From Allomuricauda sp. (GTDB lineage Bacteria > Bacteroidota > Bacteroidia > Flavobacteriales > Flavobacteriaceae), in NCBI GenBank assembly GCA_030148305.1, contig JASBTS010000097.1:25631-89630 (forward strand): DNA of 64,000 bases, given 5' to 3'. Of this stretch, positions 18,017 through 29,141 are shown one piece after another. Under the pieces are notes generated by a model. The model was not told where the DNA came from. It did not search any database and saw only the letters and a list, made by a program, of their open reading frames with translations. The translations under genes were made by a program, and so were the position numbers. How positions within the stretch are numbered: position 1 is the stretch's first letter; each line of letters opens with the position of its first letter.

Positions 18017-20788
18017 TTGAACAAAAGAATAGCTTCATCATTTTTCACATATACCGTTATTGCGATTTGTATCATCGCTACAATTCTATTCGCATCCTGT
18101 GGGGAAAAAGCAACGCCCCAGATCAAAATAGGTTTCTCGCAGTGCATTAGTAACCACATTTGGCGAGAGGCTATGAACGAGAACATGAGGCTGGAAGCAT
18201 TGTTGAACCCTTCGGTCAGTCTTAAAATTCTTGAAACGGACCATAACATAGATGAGCAAATAAAAAATATAGAACAATTTATTGATGAGGGTATGGATGT
18301 GATTATCGTCTCTCCACTTGAACCCAATAGGTTGACTCCGGTAATTGAAAAAGCCTATGACAAAGGGATTCCTATAGTGCTCATTGATCGGAAAATAAAT
18401 TCGCAAAAGTATACCACATATGTAGGGGCAGACAATTTTGAAGTAGGCATGAACGCTGGAAATATTATTCTCTCCGCTAAAAAGAGTCCTGTAAATGTTG
18501 TTGAAATTAAAGGCATGGACCGATCATCGCCCAGTGTGGAACGCAGTCAAGGGCTACATCAGGTAATTGATGGGGAGCCCGGTGCCCATTTGGTAAATAC
18601 CCTCCCACTTGTTCCTCTCGGCGGGGAAACCATGGCAGCATCCTTTGAACGACTTTTGGATTCGACCACCATTGATTATGTCTATACGTTTAATGACGAT
18701 ACGGGCTATTTACTCTGGCAGATCGCAAAAAGAAATGGGCGCGACCAAGAAATCAAGTTCATTGGTACCGATGGATTGAATGGGCCCGATGGAGGGGTCG
18801 AATTGGTTCGGAAGGGTATCCTCCACGCCACCATTTTATACCCCACTGGTGGTTCGGAAGCCATTAAACTGGCATTAAAGATCCATAACAATGAGGAAGT
18901 TCCCAAGAACAATATATTGAATACCATTGTAATAGATAAGTTCAATGCTGATATCATGAAAGACCAATTTGATATCATTGATGAGCAACATGCCGATATT
19001 GAAAACCAGTTCGGGATTATTGAAAAACAAAAGGACCAGTACTATTTTCAGAACAACCTTCTTAAGATTACCATTATATCTTTGGCCATTATATTGGGGC
19101 TGGCCCTGTATAGCATATATTCGGTCATAGCCATAAGAAAAAAGAACAGACAGCTCCAATTGACCAATGAGAAAATCATAGTTCAAAGGAACCAAATAGA
19201 AAAAATTGCCAATGAGGTAAAAGAAAGCAACGAGGCCAAGTTGAACTTTTTTACCGGGCTTTCCCACGAATTCAAGACGCCCATTACCTTAATATTGAGT
19301 TCTATAGAATCTTTGAAAGAGACCTTTAAAAGCAAAGGCCTTAAAATGGCATATGAGTTTGAACTGATCCAAAACAACTCCAACCGACTCTTACGCTTGG
19401 TGAACAACTTATTGGACTTCAGAAAGGTGGAAGACCAACGGTTCAATATAAGGGCATCCAAAACCAATTTGTACCTGTTCTCCAAAAAAATCTTCAACGA
19501 CTTTAGAAAAGAGGCCATCAAAAGGAATATCGATTTAAAGATTGTTTGCAATGATGAAAACCTGGAAGTGTATTTGGATCGCAACCTTATGGACAAGGTT
19601 TACTTTAACCTCCTGTCCAATGCCTTTAAGTTTACACCGGACAATGGTAAGATAGAACTGTTGATCGAGGACCGCAAAGAATCCAATAAAGTAATGATCA
19701 TCTTCAGGGACAATGGTATCGGGATTCCAAAAAGCGAATTGGACCAGGTATTCAAGCCTTTTTTCAAGGGATCCAACAACCGGAAGAACAGTTCAGGAAT
19801 CGGACTTCACCTCAGTAAATTGTTCGTGGAACTCCACATGGGAAAAATAGAGGTAGGCTCGGTACATGGAACCGAGTTTAAAATTGAGCTTTTCAAGGGA
19901 AAGACCCATTTTAACGAGGATCAGATAATAGACGAGCCGAATGTAGTGGAAACCAATATCATAGATACTACCGAAGACCTTATTGATGATGAATCGTATC
20001 TAAGGGCCGAGACAAATGCGGAAATCGACAAGCATACCCTGCTCATTGTTGAGGATAATAAGGAACTTGCCTCTTTTTTGGAGAAAAAATTGCGTTTGGA
20101 TTATGATATCTATGTTTCAGATGGAACCGATGCCGTGGATAAAGCTTTTGATATTGTTCCTGACATCATCATTTGTGATGTAAATCTTCCAAAACAGAAT
20201 GGCTTCGAAATTTGTGACATGCTCAAAAAAGACCTGCGCACTTCCCACGTTCCTGTGATCATGCTCACCGCCTTGTCCGACAAAGATTCCTATTTAATGG
20301 GATTGAACTCCGGTGCGGACTTATACCTCACCAAGCCTTTCAGCTATTCCATTTTAATGCAGTCCATAAAATCCTTGTTGTACAATAGGGAGAAGTTGAG
20401 GATGTACTATACCAATAACATCTACAAGATAGAGCAGACCGCCTCCTTTGGTAATTCTGAACAGGAATTTGTAAAGGCACTGAACGGTAACATCAAGGAC
20501 AACTTGGACAGCCCAAATTTTTCGGTGGAGCAATTGGCGGATAATTTAAATGTTTCACGTTCCCAACTGTACAGGAAAGTAAAGGCAATTCTCGGGATCA
20601 GCATCAGTGATTATATCAATAACTTTAAACTGCAAAGGTCAAAATCCATGCTGGAGACCACTTCACTTTCCATATCGGAGATTGCCTATTCCAACGGTTT
20701 CTCATCACCCAATTATTTCTCCACCGCATTCAAGCAAAAGTATGGGGAGTCCCCGGATTCCTATAGAAAGACTTTTGGAAAAAAGTGA
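18017..20788 (+). CDS. Hybrid two-component regulator with periplasmic sugar-binding sensor (BT1754-like)
   Basis: IGFSQC..WREAMN RbsB-like sensor, TM helix, SHEFKTP HisKA, NLLSNAFKFT/DNGIGI/GIGL ATPase, receiver (CDVNLP) and AraC HTH (GFSSPNYFSTAFK). TTG start uncertain. Confidence 0.93.
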   Translation: MNKRIASSFFTYTVIAICIIATILFASCGEKATPQIKIGFSQCISNHIWREAMNENMRLEALLNPSVSLKILETDHNIDEQIKNIEQFIDEGMDVIIVSPLEPNRLTPVIEKAYDKGIPIVLIDRKINSQKYTTYVGADNFEVGMNAGNIILSAKKSPVNVVEIKGMDRSSPSVERSQGLHQVIDGEPGAHLVNTLPLVPLGGETMAASFERLLDSTTIDYVYTFNDDTGYLLWQIAKRNGRDQEIKFIGTDGLNGPDGGVELVRKGILHATILYPTGGSEAIKLALKIHNNEEVPKNNILNTIVIDKFNADIMKDQFDIIDEQHADIENQFGIIEKQKDQYYFQNNLLKITIISLAIILGLALYSIYSVIAIRKKNRQLQLTNEKIIVQRNQIEKIANEVKESNEAKLNFFTGLSHEFKTPITLILSSIESLKETFKSKGLKMAYEFELIQNNSNRLLRLVNNLLDFRKVEDQRFNIRASKTNLYLFSKKIFNDFRKEAIKRNIDLKIVCNDENLEVYLDRNLMDKVYFNLLSNAFKFTPDNGKIELLIEDRKESNKVMIIFRDNGIGIPKSELDQVFKPFFKGSNNRKNSSGIGLHLSKLFVELHMGKIEVGSVHGTEFKIELFKGKTHFNEDQIIDEPNVVETNIIDTTEDLIDDESYLRAETNAEIDKHTLLIVEDNKELASFLEKKLRLDYDIYVSDGTDAVDKAFDIVPDIIICDVNLPKQNGFEICDMLKKDLRTSHVPVIMLTALSDKDSYLMGLNSGADLYLTKPFSYSILMQSIKSLLYNREKLRMYYTNNIYKIEQTASFGNSEQEFVKALNGNIKDNLDSPNFSVEQLADNLNVSRSQLYRKVKAILGISISDYINNFKLQRSKSMLETTSLSISEIAYSNGFSSPNYFSTAFKQKYGESPDSYRKTFGKK

Positions 20789-21091
20789 TTTTGAGGCCTT
20801 TTCTTTTTGATTTTTAAGGAGTTTGATACAGATATTTTTTGAATCCTTTATAAATCACACCTATTGGTGTGCATCAAACACTTTTTAATACATCAATTTT
20901 GAAGATGCATGCTACAAAATTGTAGATGCGCTATTTCTTATTTATTGAAGAATATAATGTAACTAATTGATTTAAAGAATGTTGAAACAAAATAGATAGC
21001 TTGGTCTAAAACCGTATCATATTGCAACATCAGTGAAATTCAAAGCTTTTATTTAAGAATACTTTAGTATTTCTATAAAATTATTGAGCTT

Positions 21092-22441
21092 TTGAAAAAA
21101 ATATGGTTATGGTCCATAGTGGCCGCCCTTGCAGGTTTTCTTTTTGGTTTTGATACGGTTGTTATCTCAGGAGCCGATAGAACGCTACAGGATTTATGGA
21201 ATTCGTCAGATTTGGTGCATGGGGTGGTTGTGATGTCCATGGCTTTGTGGGGAACCGTTCTTGGGGCCATATTTGGAGGAATCCCGACGAATAGGTGGGG
21301 GAGAAAAAAGACATTGATGGTAATAGGTATTCTATATACCATTTCCGCAGTTGGTTCCGCACTTGCCAATGACCCCATAGCATTTTCGATATTTAGGTTT
21401 TTGGGTGGTCTGGGAGTAGGCGCATCCACTATAGCGGCCCCCGCATATATTACCGAGATATCACCCAAGGAGAGTAGGGGGCAACTTGTGGCCATGTACC
21501 AATTCAACATTGTATTGGGTATTCTTGTGGCCTTTCTCTCCAATTATCTTTTGAGCGATATAGGCGAAAATGCATGGCGTTGGATGTTGGGAGTTGAGGC
21601 CCTTCCCGCCATAATCTACACATTTTTGACACTGATCATTCCAGAGAGTCCAAGATGGCTATTGTCCAAAAATCGGCTTGGTCAAGCGGAGGCCGTTCTT
21701 AAAATGATAGATGCCAAAGCAAATGTTTCTGAACAGATTCAAATTCTTGAAGAAAGTGAAAGGACTTCCAAATCCGTCAGTATTTATGAAAGGCAATTTA
21801 GGTTTCCCTTGGTTTTGGCCTTTCTGATAGCCTTCTTCAACCAATTCTCCGGAATCAATGCATTTCTCTACTATGCCCCAAGGCTTTTTGAAGAAGCGGG
21901 CCTGGAGAACAGCACGGCACTTTTGAGCAGCATTGGGATTGGGGTGGTGAACATGGTGTTCACATTATTGGGAATGTTTTTGATCGACCGTTTGGGAAGA
22001 AAACGCCTCATGTTGATAGGTTCGGTCGGTTACCTCGTTTCCTTGTCACTTGCCGCTTGTGCATTTTTGTTCAAGTGGAACGGAGCAGTGGTTCCCCCAT
22101 TCCTTTTTCTTTTTATAGCAGCGCATGCCATTGGCCAGGGAACTGTAATTTGGGTATTCATATCCGAGATATTTCCCACTCAGGTTAGGGCTTCTGGGCA
22201 ATCTTTTGGGAGTTCCGTCCATTGGGTGTTGGCCGCGGTGATTCCCTCCCTCATACCCAGTCTTTTTTCATCGATAGGACCAGGAATAGTGTTTTTGTTC
22301 TTTGATGCCATGATGCTGTTGCAGCTGCTCTTTGTAATTCTGTTGATGCCCGAAACCAAAGGAAAATCCTTGGAGGACATTACCGCATCGTTCAACTCAA
22401 AAATAATGTCAGATAAAATTTCTAAACCAGCAATAAAGTGA
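21092..22441 (+). CDS. MFS sugar porter
   Basis: GFLFGFDTVVISGA, GRKKTL, YITEISP..RG, PESPRWL, FNQFSGINA, DRLGRK and PETKGKSLE motifs. Confidence 0.93.
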   Translation: MKKIWLWSIVAALAGFLFGFDTVVISGADRTLQDLWNSSDLVHGVVVMSMALWGTVLGAIFGGIPTNRWGRKKTLMVIGILYTISAVGSALANDPIAFSIFRFLGGLGVGASTIAAPAYITEISPKESRGQLVAMYQFNIVLGILVAFLSNYLLSDIGENAWRWMLGVEALPAIIYTFLTLIIPESPRWLLSKNRLGQAEAVLKMIDAKANVSEQIQILEESERTSKSVSIYERQFRFPLVLAFLIAFFNQFSGINAFLYYAPRLFEEAGLENSTALLSSIGIGVVNMVFTLLGMFLIDRLGRKRLMLIGSVGYLVSLSLAACAFLFKWNGAVVPPFLFLFIAAHAIGQGTVIWVFISEIFPTQVRASGQSFGSSVHWVLAAVIPSLIPSLFSSIGPGIVFLFFDAMMLLQLLFVILLMPETKGKSLEDITASFNSKIMSDKISKPAIK

Positions 22442-22446
22442 ATCAT

Positions 22447-24060
22447 ATGAAAAACAAATTGACCCTTTTGGTAGTGGCTGTGGCCGTTGCGATGCAGACT
22501 TTTTCATGCAAGAATGGAAAAGCGGACACGGATTTGGCCAAAGAAGAAGGTATGGAATCCCCCTCTTTGGAGGAGCAGCTATACCGACCGTACTACCATT
22601 TTACCCCTAAAGTGGGTTGGATGAACGATCCCAATGGGATGTTTTATTACAATGGGTATTACCACCTGTTCTACCAACACTATCCAAAGGACAATATTTG
22701 GGGTCCAATGCACTGGGGCCATGCCATAAGTACAGATTTGGTCCAGTGGAAGCATTTACCCATCGCTCTGTATCCGGATGATTTGGGATACATTTTTTCA
22801 GGTAGTGCCGTGGTGGATTATGACAACACTTCAGGTTTTGGCAAGGATGGGAAGATTCCTATTGTAGCCATGTACACCTACCACGATCCCAAGAAGGGAG
22901 ATGCCGGTCAGTTGGATGCCCAGACCCAGGCCATAGCCTATTCATTGGACGAAGGAAATTCATGGACAAAATATGAAGGAAACCCAGTTATAAAGAACCC
23001 AGGAATCAGGGATTTTAGGGACCCAAAGGTCATTTGGGATCAGGAACGGGAGCAATGGGTAATGATACTTGCCGCGGATTTTGAAATGATGATCTATACC
23101 TCTAAAAATTTAAAGGATTGGACCTTGGCCGATAGGTTTGGCAAGGATGTAGGAAGTCATGAAGGTGTTTGGGAATGTCCCGATTTTTTCCCCATGCAGG
23201 TAGAGGGTTCGGATGAAGTTAAATGGATTATGTTGGGAAGTATTAGTGGGGGAGCCCCCAACGGCGGTAATGGCACGCAGTATTTCATTGGAGATTTTGA
23301 TGGACAAAAATTCACCATGGACAAGAATTTTGAGGAAGCCCTTGCCAAGAAGCATGATTTTTGGGTCGACTTTGGTAAGGACAATTATGCAGGGGTCACT
23401 TGGTCCAATATTCCGCCCGAGGACGGCCGTAAAATTTTTATCGGTTGGATTGTTGACGGGCATTACGCCAATAAGGTTCCCACTACAACCTGGAGAAGTA
23501 CCCAAAGTTTGCCAAGGACCGTCAAATTGATTTCGGACAATGGTGTTCCAAGGATAACTTTTCAACCGATAAAGGAAATCACAAATTATATTGGTAAGAA
23601 ATCTAAAAAGGACCACGTGTCAATCGGGGTGGATGAAGAAACGGTTTTGAGCGATGGCGATTTTGATTTTTCCAAGGCCCAGATCAAGTATAGTATCGCT
23701 TCACTGAAAGATAAAGGATATACGTTCAAGCTTTCCAATGACAAGGGAGAGGAGTTGCTTTTTGGTTATGACGGAACCAAAAACCAATTCTTTGTTGACC
23801 GAAGTAAATCTGGCAAGGTTGACTTTCATAAAGAATTTGCGGATAAAGTATCGATTGGACCAAGATTGTCCGACAAGGATTCTCATGATGCGGACATTCT
23901 TTTGGACAAGACATCCATAGAAATATTCTTTGACGATGGGGAAACGCCAATGACGGAGATCTTCTTCCCCTCAGCACCTTATTCAAAACTATCCTTAGTA
24001 TCCGAAAACGGGGACTTGGTTTTGGATTACATAGAAATAAGCCAATTAAAATTTAACTAA
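22447..24060 (+). CDS. GH32 beta-fructofuranosidase/levanase lipoprotein
   Basis: WMNDPNG, WGHA, FSGSAV, FRDPKV and WECPD catalytic motifs; lipobox FSC. ATG at 22447 preferred over GTG at 22438. Confidence 0.93.
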   Translation: MKNKLTLLVVAVAVAMQTFSCKNGKADTDLAKEEGMESPSLEEQLYRPYYHFTPKVGWMNDPNGMFYYNGYYHLFYQHYPKDNIWGPMHWGHAISTDLVQWKHLPIALYPDDLGYIFSGSAVVDYDNTSGFGKDGKIPIVAMYTYHDPKKGDAGQLDAQTQAIAYSLDEGNSWTKYEGNPVIKNPGIRDFRDPKVIWDQEREQWVMILAADFEMMIYTSKNLKDWTLADRFGKDVGSHEGVWECPDFFPMQVEGSDEVKWIMLGSISGGAPNGGNGTQYFIGDFDGQKFTMDKNFEEALAKKHDFWVDFGKDNYAGVTWSNIPPEDGRKIFIGWIVDGHYANKVPTTTWRSTQSLPRTVKLISDNGVPRITFQPIKEITNYIGKKSKKDHVSIGVDEETVLSDGDFDFSKAQIKYSIASLKDKGYTFKLSNDKGEELLFGYDGTKNQFFVDRSKSGKVDFHKEFADKVSIGPRLSDKDSHDADILLDKTSIEIFFDDGETPMTEIFFPSAPYSKLSLVSENGDLVLDYIEISQLKFN

Positions 24061-24071
24061 AACAAACTATT

Positions 24072-27000
24072 ATGAAATTCAAACTATTAGTATTGCTACT
24101 CTTGTGTTCTCCTTTGGCCATATGGGCCCAAGGGAGGGTTACGGGTACCGTTACCTCGGCAGAAGACAATATGCCCTTGCCGGGGGCATCGGTTGTGGTA
24201 GTGGGGACCACCAACGGGACCACTACGGATTTTGACGGGAATTATGTCCTTGAGGGAGTTTCTCCCAATGCCTCTTTAATGTTCAGTTATATTGGTTTTA
24301 CAAGGGTTGAGGTCCCAGTAAATGGTCAATTGACCGTTAATGTTTCTTTACAGGCCGATACACAACAATTGGATGAAGTGGTCCTAACAGGATACACCAC
24401 AGAACGTAAGGTGGATCTTACCGGTGCGGTGACCGTTGTGGATACCGCCCCAATAGAAGGGCAGAGTTTAAGCTCTGGTAACCCAATGCAGGCCTTACAA
24501 GGAAGGGTCCCGGGATTGTTCATTGAAAAGTCGGGAGATCCTACTGGTTTAAACAACCGGATCCTGATTAGGGGTATTACCACTTTGGGGAACAATGACC
24601 CGCTTTATGTTATCGATGGGGTGCCCACCAAACGTCAAGAAGTTTTTGCCAGCCTTAATCCAGAGTCTATTGAGTCCATACAGGTTTTAAAAGATGCGTC
24701 AGCTTCCTCTATCTATGGATCAAGAGCGGCCAATGGGGTAATTATTATTACGACCAAAGGTGGTCAAAAAGGGGAACGCGTCGGAATTTCCATTAATTCG
24801 AATGTGTCTGTTCTTTCAGAAAAACCCCAAAGATTTAATATGTTGAACGCAGTGGAAAGAGGAAGGGTGCTTTGGCAGGCCTCCGTTAATGACAATGCAG
24901 ACCCGAATGGTGGTTACGGTGAAATCTACAACTTTGATTGGAACGGAGATTTTAGCAATCCTGTACTGAACAGCGTTACTCCCCAACCTTTTGTTGGAGG
25001 GGACCCAAGCGTGCCTGTGGGCGATACGGATTGGCAGGATGAGACTTACGAAACAGGTTATGCCTATAACAATGAAGTGACAATAACCGCTGGATCTGAA
25101 AAATCTTCCCTTTTGATGAATTTTGGCTATTTAAAGAACACAGGGATCCTTAAATATACCAACTATGATAGGTATACCGCCAAGATCAATGGTTCCACTA
25201 ACCTATTCAACAGTAAGCTAAAGGTGGGTGTGAACACCCAGTTCTCTACTTCGGATGAAACATTGGCAGCGCGGGATGTAGGATTGGCCAGTACGCCTAT
25301 TCTAGCCATTATTATGGCCCCTACCATTCCAGTGTTCGATTCTAACGGTAATTACGCAGGGCCTTTAGGTTCCGGTTACAACGACCGAAACAACCCTGTG
25401 TTGATGCAATATCTCAACCGGTGGGATAACACGGAAAAGAATGTACTGTTCGGTAATGTGTTCGCGGAACTGAAGATTCTTGATAATTTGAATTTTAGGA
25501 CTAGTCTTGGACTCGATTTCAGTGATTATAAACAAAAGAACATCGAACCAAAAGTTTCCAATGGTTTTGTGAACAGGACTAATAACAGGCTTATTTACAA
25601 TACCAATAAGTTTACAAGTTTGGTGTTTTCGAATACATTGAACTACGATTTGGAACTTGGTAATCATCGTTTTAATGTGTTGTTGGGAGTTGAGTCCATT
25701 CAAAATGATTTGAGCACGTTGAATTCACAAGCAGATGATTTTGCCGTGGAACAAGAGTCTTATTTTGTGCTCAATGCAGCATCTGGTGCACGCACCGCAT
25801 CCGGGACCACAACAGGAAGTAGATTGTTGTCCCAGTTCGGAAAGATCAATTATGCATTTTCGGATCGTTATTTGGCTTCCTTCACCTTACGTCGTGATGG
25901 TTCTTCCAGATTTGGGGAGAACAACAGATATGGTATTTTTCCGGCGGCTACCGTTGGATGGCGTATCAATAATGAGCAATTCCTCAAAGATGTGGATTTC
26001 ATTACCAATTTGAAACTACGCGCCGGATACGGGGAAGTAGGTAACCAAGAGATCGGAGATCTTGCCCGATTTGGTCTGTACGAATCAAGATATGGGCCAA
26101 ACCTGAACGTGTTTCAACCCGGTTTCTGGGAGACTTACTACAACATTGGTACGGCTTATGACATTAATGGTAACAATTCTGGAAACTTACCTTCAGGTTT
26201 TGTGTCCATCCAAGCACCTAACCCAGATTTGAAATGGGAGACCACAACAGAATGGAACTATGGAGTGGATTTTGGATTCTTGGGCAACAAGATTGTCGGA
26301 TCATTCGATTTTTATACCAGGGAAACCAAAGACATCTTAACTACACCGCCTATCGCTTCAGTAATCGGTGAAGGGCAGCAGCGTGTATTGAACGGGGCCA
26401 CTACCGCAGCAAGAGGTTGGGAATTGGCCATAGGATACAATAATACTTGGGAAAATGGACTATCCCTAAGCGTTTCCACAAACTTTGCATCTTTCAAGGA
26501 TGAGATTACCTACCTCCCAGAAGAAGTAAGGCCTGCTTATCCAGGAACTGCGGACAATTCCATTTTGGGTCATTCCCAGTTCTCGGTCTTTGGATATAGG
26601 TCTGATGGACTCTTCCAGAGCCAGGCCGATGTGGATTCCAGTCCAGATCAGGTTGGAGCACGCCCAGGAAGCATCAAGTTTAAGGATTTGAACAATAACG
26701 GAGTCATTGACGATGGGGATAGGGATTTCATCGGTATTACCTTGCCCGATTTGGAATATGGTATCCGCGTGGATTTGGCATGGAAAAATTTCGACCTGTC
26801 CGTTTTTGGATCGGGAGTTACGGGAAGAGTAGGTGCTGACGAGGCCCTTTTCCGAAATTTCTTTGCTAGTGGTGGTGCCAATGGATCTGTTGGATTGCTC
26901 AATGCATGGACTCCGGATAATACGAATACCGAAGTGCCTTCACTTTCCTTGGCCTTTAACGAAACGCGTACTTCGGATTACCTCTTCAGGAACAATTCCT

Positions 27001-27215
27001 ATTTCAAGCTTAGGAGCTTGCAATTGGGGTATAGCTTTCCACAGGAACTTATCAATCCTATTGGCGGCATGAGCAACCTTCGTGTTTATGTACAGGGCGA
27101 AAACCTGTTTTGGATCACATCAAGTGAGTATGTGGGAGAAGACCCGGAAAGGACCGATGCAGGCAGGATTCCGGTGCCAACGATCCTGTCATTGGGTCTA
27201 AATATTAACTTTTAA
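24072..27215 (+). CDS. susC: SusC TonB-dependent transporter, fructan-PUL type
   Basis: Signal peptide, plug motif IESIQVLKDASASSIYGSRAANGVIIITTK, NPDLKWETT, terminal F. Confidence 0.95.
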   Translation: MKFKLLVLLLLCSPLAIWAQGRVTGTVTSAEDNMPLPGASVVVVGTTNGTTTDFDGNYVLEGVSPNASLMFSYIGFTRVEVPVNGQLTVNVSLQADTQQLDEVVLTGYTTERKVDLTGAVTVVDTAPIEGQSLSSGNPMQALQGRVPGLFIEKSGDPTGLNNRILIRGITTLGNNDPLYVIDGVPTKRQEVFASLNPESIESIQVLKDASASSIYGSRAANGVIIITTKGGQKGERVGISINSNVSVLSEKPQRFNMLNAVERGRVLWQASVNDNADPNGGYGEIYNFDWNGDFSNPVLNSVTPQPFVGGDPSVPVGDTDWQDETYETGYAYNNEVTITAGSEKSSLLMNFGYLKNTGILKYTNYDRYTAKINGSTNLFNSKLKVGVNTQFSTSDETLAARDVGLASTPILAIIMAPTIPVFDSNGNYAGPLGSGYNDRNNPVLMQYLNRWDNTEKNVLFGNVFAELKILDNLNFRTSLGLDFSDYKQKNIEPKVSNGFVNRTNNRLIYNTNKFTSLVFSNTLNYDLELGNHRFNVLLGVESIQNDLSTLNSQADDFAVEQESYFVLNAASGARTASGTTTGSRLLSQFGKINYAFSDRYLASFTLRRDGSSRFGENNRYGIFPAATVGWRINNEQFLKDVDFITNLKLRAGYGEVGNQEIGDLARFGLYESRYGPNLNVFQPGFWETYYNIGTAYDINGNNSGNLPSGFVSIQAPNPDLKWETTTEWNYGVDFGFLGNKIVGSFDFYTRETKDILTTPPIASVIGEGQQRVLNGATTAARGWELAIGYNNTWENGLSLSVSTNFASFKDEITYLPEEVRPAYPGTADNSILGHSQFSVFGYRSDGLFQSQADVDSSPDQVGARPGSIKFKDLNNNGVIDDGDRDFIGITLPDLEYGIRVDLAWKNFDLSVFGSGVTGRVGADEALFRNFFASGGANGSVGLLNAWTPDNTNTEVPSLSLAFNETRTSDYLFRNNSYFKLRSLQLGYSFPQELINPIGGMSNLRVYVQGENLFWITSSEYVGEDPERTDAGRIPVPTILSLGLNINF

Positions 27216-27224
27216 TCAATTGCC

Positions 27225-28967
27225 ATGAAAAAACTTAAATATTTCATTTTATGTGGAACCGCGTTGATGCTCTTCATCAATTGCTCAAATGACTTTTTGG
27301 AGTACGAACCACAAGGGGTACTTTCCAATGATAATGTGGCCACGGCCGACAATGCTGAAGCCTTGGTTATAGCTGCTTATGCTGGTATTGCCAATGATGA
27401 GATGATAGGACCGCTTACCAATATGTGGGTTTATGGAAGTGTACGTTCCGATGATGCCTACAAAGGCGGCGGAGGTCGTGGGGATGTTGACGTGGTGGAT
27501 AAATACGAACAGTATAATTTAACCGTACCCGATATGGGTGATTGGATGGCGCCACGTACTTGGACGGATTTTTACAAAGCCATTTCAAGAGCTAATTTTG
27601 CCTTGACCGTGATCAACGATATACCGGATGGCGAATATCCTAATAAGACAAAGCGCCAAGCGGAATTACGCTTTTTACGCGGTCATTCCCACTTTATGCT
27701 CAAGTTGCTGTTCAATAAGATTCCGTATATCCCGGAAGGATTGACCCAAGAAGAAATCGCCCAGATCGGCAATGAACTATCCGATGAGGAACTATGGAAC
27801 CTGATAGGTGAGGATTTTCTTTTTGCCTATAACAACCTTCCCGATAGTCAGGAAGAAGTGGGTAGGGCAGACCGTACCGCTGCAGCAGCATATTTGGCCA
27901 AATTGAGATTGTACCAAGCTTATGAAAAAGATGCAAACCATCAATTGACCAATATCAATACAGGTAGGTTGGAAGAAGTGATCCAATATGCGGATGAGGT
28001 TCAGGCCAGTCTGGAACCCGATTATGGGAACAACTTTTTAGATGGGTTCGATAACGGTCCGGAATCCATTTGGGCCGCCCAATTCTCCATCAATGATGGT
28101 ACCGTGGTAGGAAGGGTAAGTTTTGTTACCGGTTTGAACTCTCCTCATGGTAACCCTTTGTATGGCTGTTGTGGATTCCACTTGGCCAGCCAAAATTTGG
28201 TAAACGCTTTCAGGACAGATGCTAGTGGGCTACCTCTTTTGGATTCCTTCAACGATCAAGATATTTTAACTGATTTACAAGGAGATGGTACCGTTCTTCC
28301 GGATGCTTCCCTAACGATTGACCCCAGACTTGATCATACGGTAGGAGTACCGGGAAGACCATTTAAGTATACCAATACCGTACAAAGCACAGGTGATTTT
28401 GTCTATAATTCCAGTTGGGCCAGGGATCCTGGGGTATATGGTTATTTTGGAAATATGAAAGAACAACAACGCCCAGATTGCTCTTGTTATGTGAAGGAAG
28501 GACCCTTTAATGGCACTTCCAAAAATGTGGATTTCATCCGCTATGCCGATGTACTATTGTTCAAAGCCGAGGCACTCATCCAATTAAATCGTTGGGACGA
28601 GGCCTTGCCTATCATAAACCAGATACGCGCAAGGGCGGCAACCAGTACAGGAAGGCCTCTGGCGGCAGGTGCATCTGACATATATAACGTTCAGCCCTAT
28701 CCTTCCTTTCCAGACAAGGCATATGCTTGGAAGGCACTCAAATTTGAAAGGAGACTGGAATTTGCCATGGAAGGCCCAAGATGGTTCGATTTGGTACGTT
28801 GGGGAGAAGCTGCGGATGTATTGAATGATTATCTGGACCAAGAGAAGACCAAAAGGGACTTTTTGATCAATGCGGCATTCACACCGGGAAGGGATGAGTT
28901 TTATCCAATTCCACAACGTGAAATAGACTTTACAGGTGGGTTGTATGTCCAAAACCCAGGTTACTAA
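27225..28967 (+). CDS. susD: SusD lipoprotein, fructan-binding (BT1762-like) type
   Basis: Lipobox INC; GSVRSDDAYKGGG, vicinal-Cys GCCGFH..SQNLVNAF, RYADVLLFKAEA, ERRLEFAMEG and QNPGY. Confidence 0.92.
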   Translation: MKKLKYFILCGTALMLFINCSNDFLEYEPQGVLSNDNVATADNAEALVIAAYAGIANDEMIGPLTNMWVYGSVRSDDAYKGGGGRGDVDVVDKYEQYNLTVPDMGDWMAPRTWTDFYKAISRANFALTVINDIPDGEYPNKTKRQAELRFLRGHSHFMLKLLFNKIPYIPEGLTQEEIAQIGNELSDEELWNLIGEDFLFAYNNLPDSQEEVGRADRTAAAAYLAKLRLYQAYEKDANHQLTNINTGRLEEVIQYADEVQASLEPDYGNNFLDGFDNGPESIWAAQFSINDGTVVGRVSFVTGLNSPHGNPLYGCCGFHLASQNLVNAFRTDASGLPLLDSFNDQDILTDLQGDGTVLPDASLTIDPRLDHTVGVPGRPFKYTNTVQSTGDFVYNSSWARDPGVYGYFGNMKEQQRPDCSCYVKEGPFNGTSKNVDFIRYADVLLFKAEALIQLNRWDEALPIINQIRARAATSTGRPLAAGASDIYNVQPYPSFPDKAYAWKALKFERRLEFAMEGPRWFDLVRWGEAADVLNDYLDQEKTKRDFLINAAFTPGRDEFYPIPQREIDFTGGLYVQNPGY

Positions 28968-29141
28968 TAACAAAAAGGGATAATGTTGCGCAGCTACTCC
29001 TCTTTAATCCATAGCACCGCTTACCAGGAAAAGGCAAAGCATTGTGGTATGATGTTGCGATCTATTATTCTTTGAATAAAGTTTTAGAAGAGACTTGCAT
29101 TCTATAATTAAAGGTATTTAGTATGCTAAGTTTAGTTAAGA

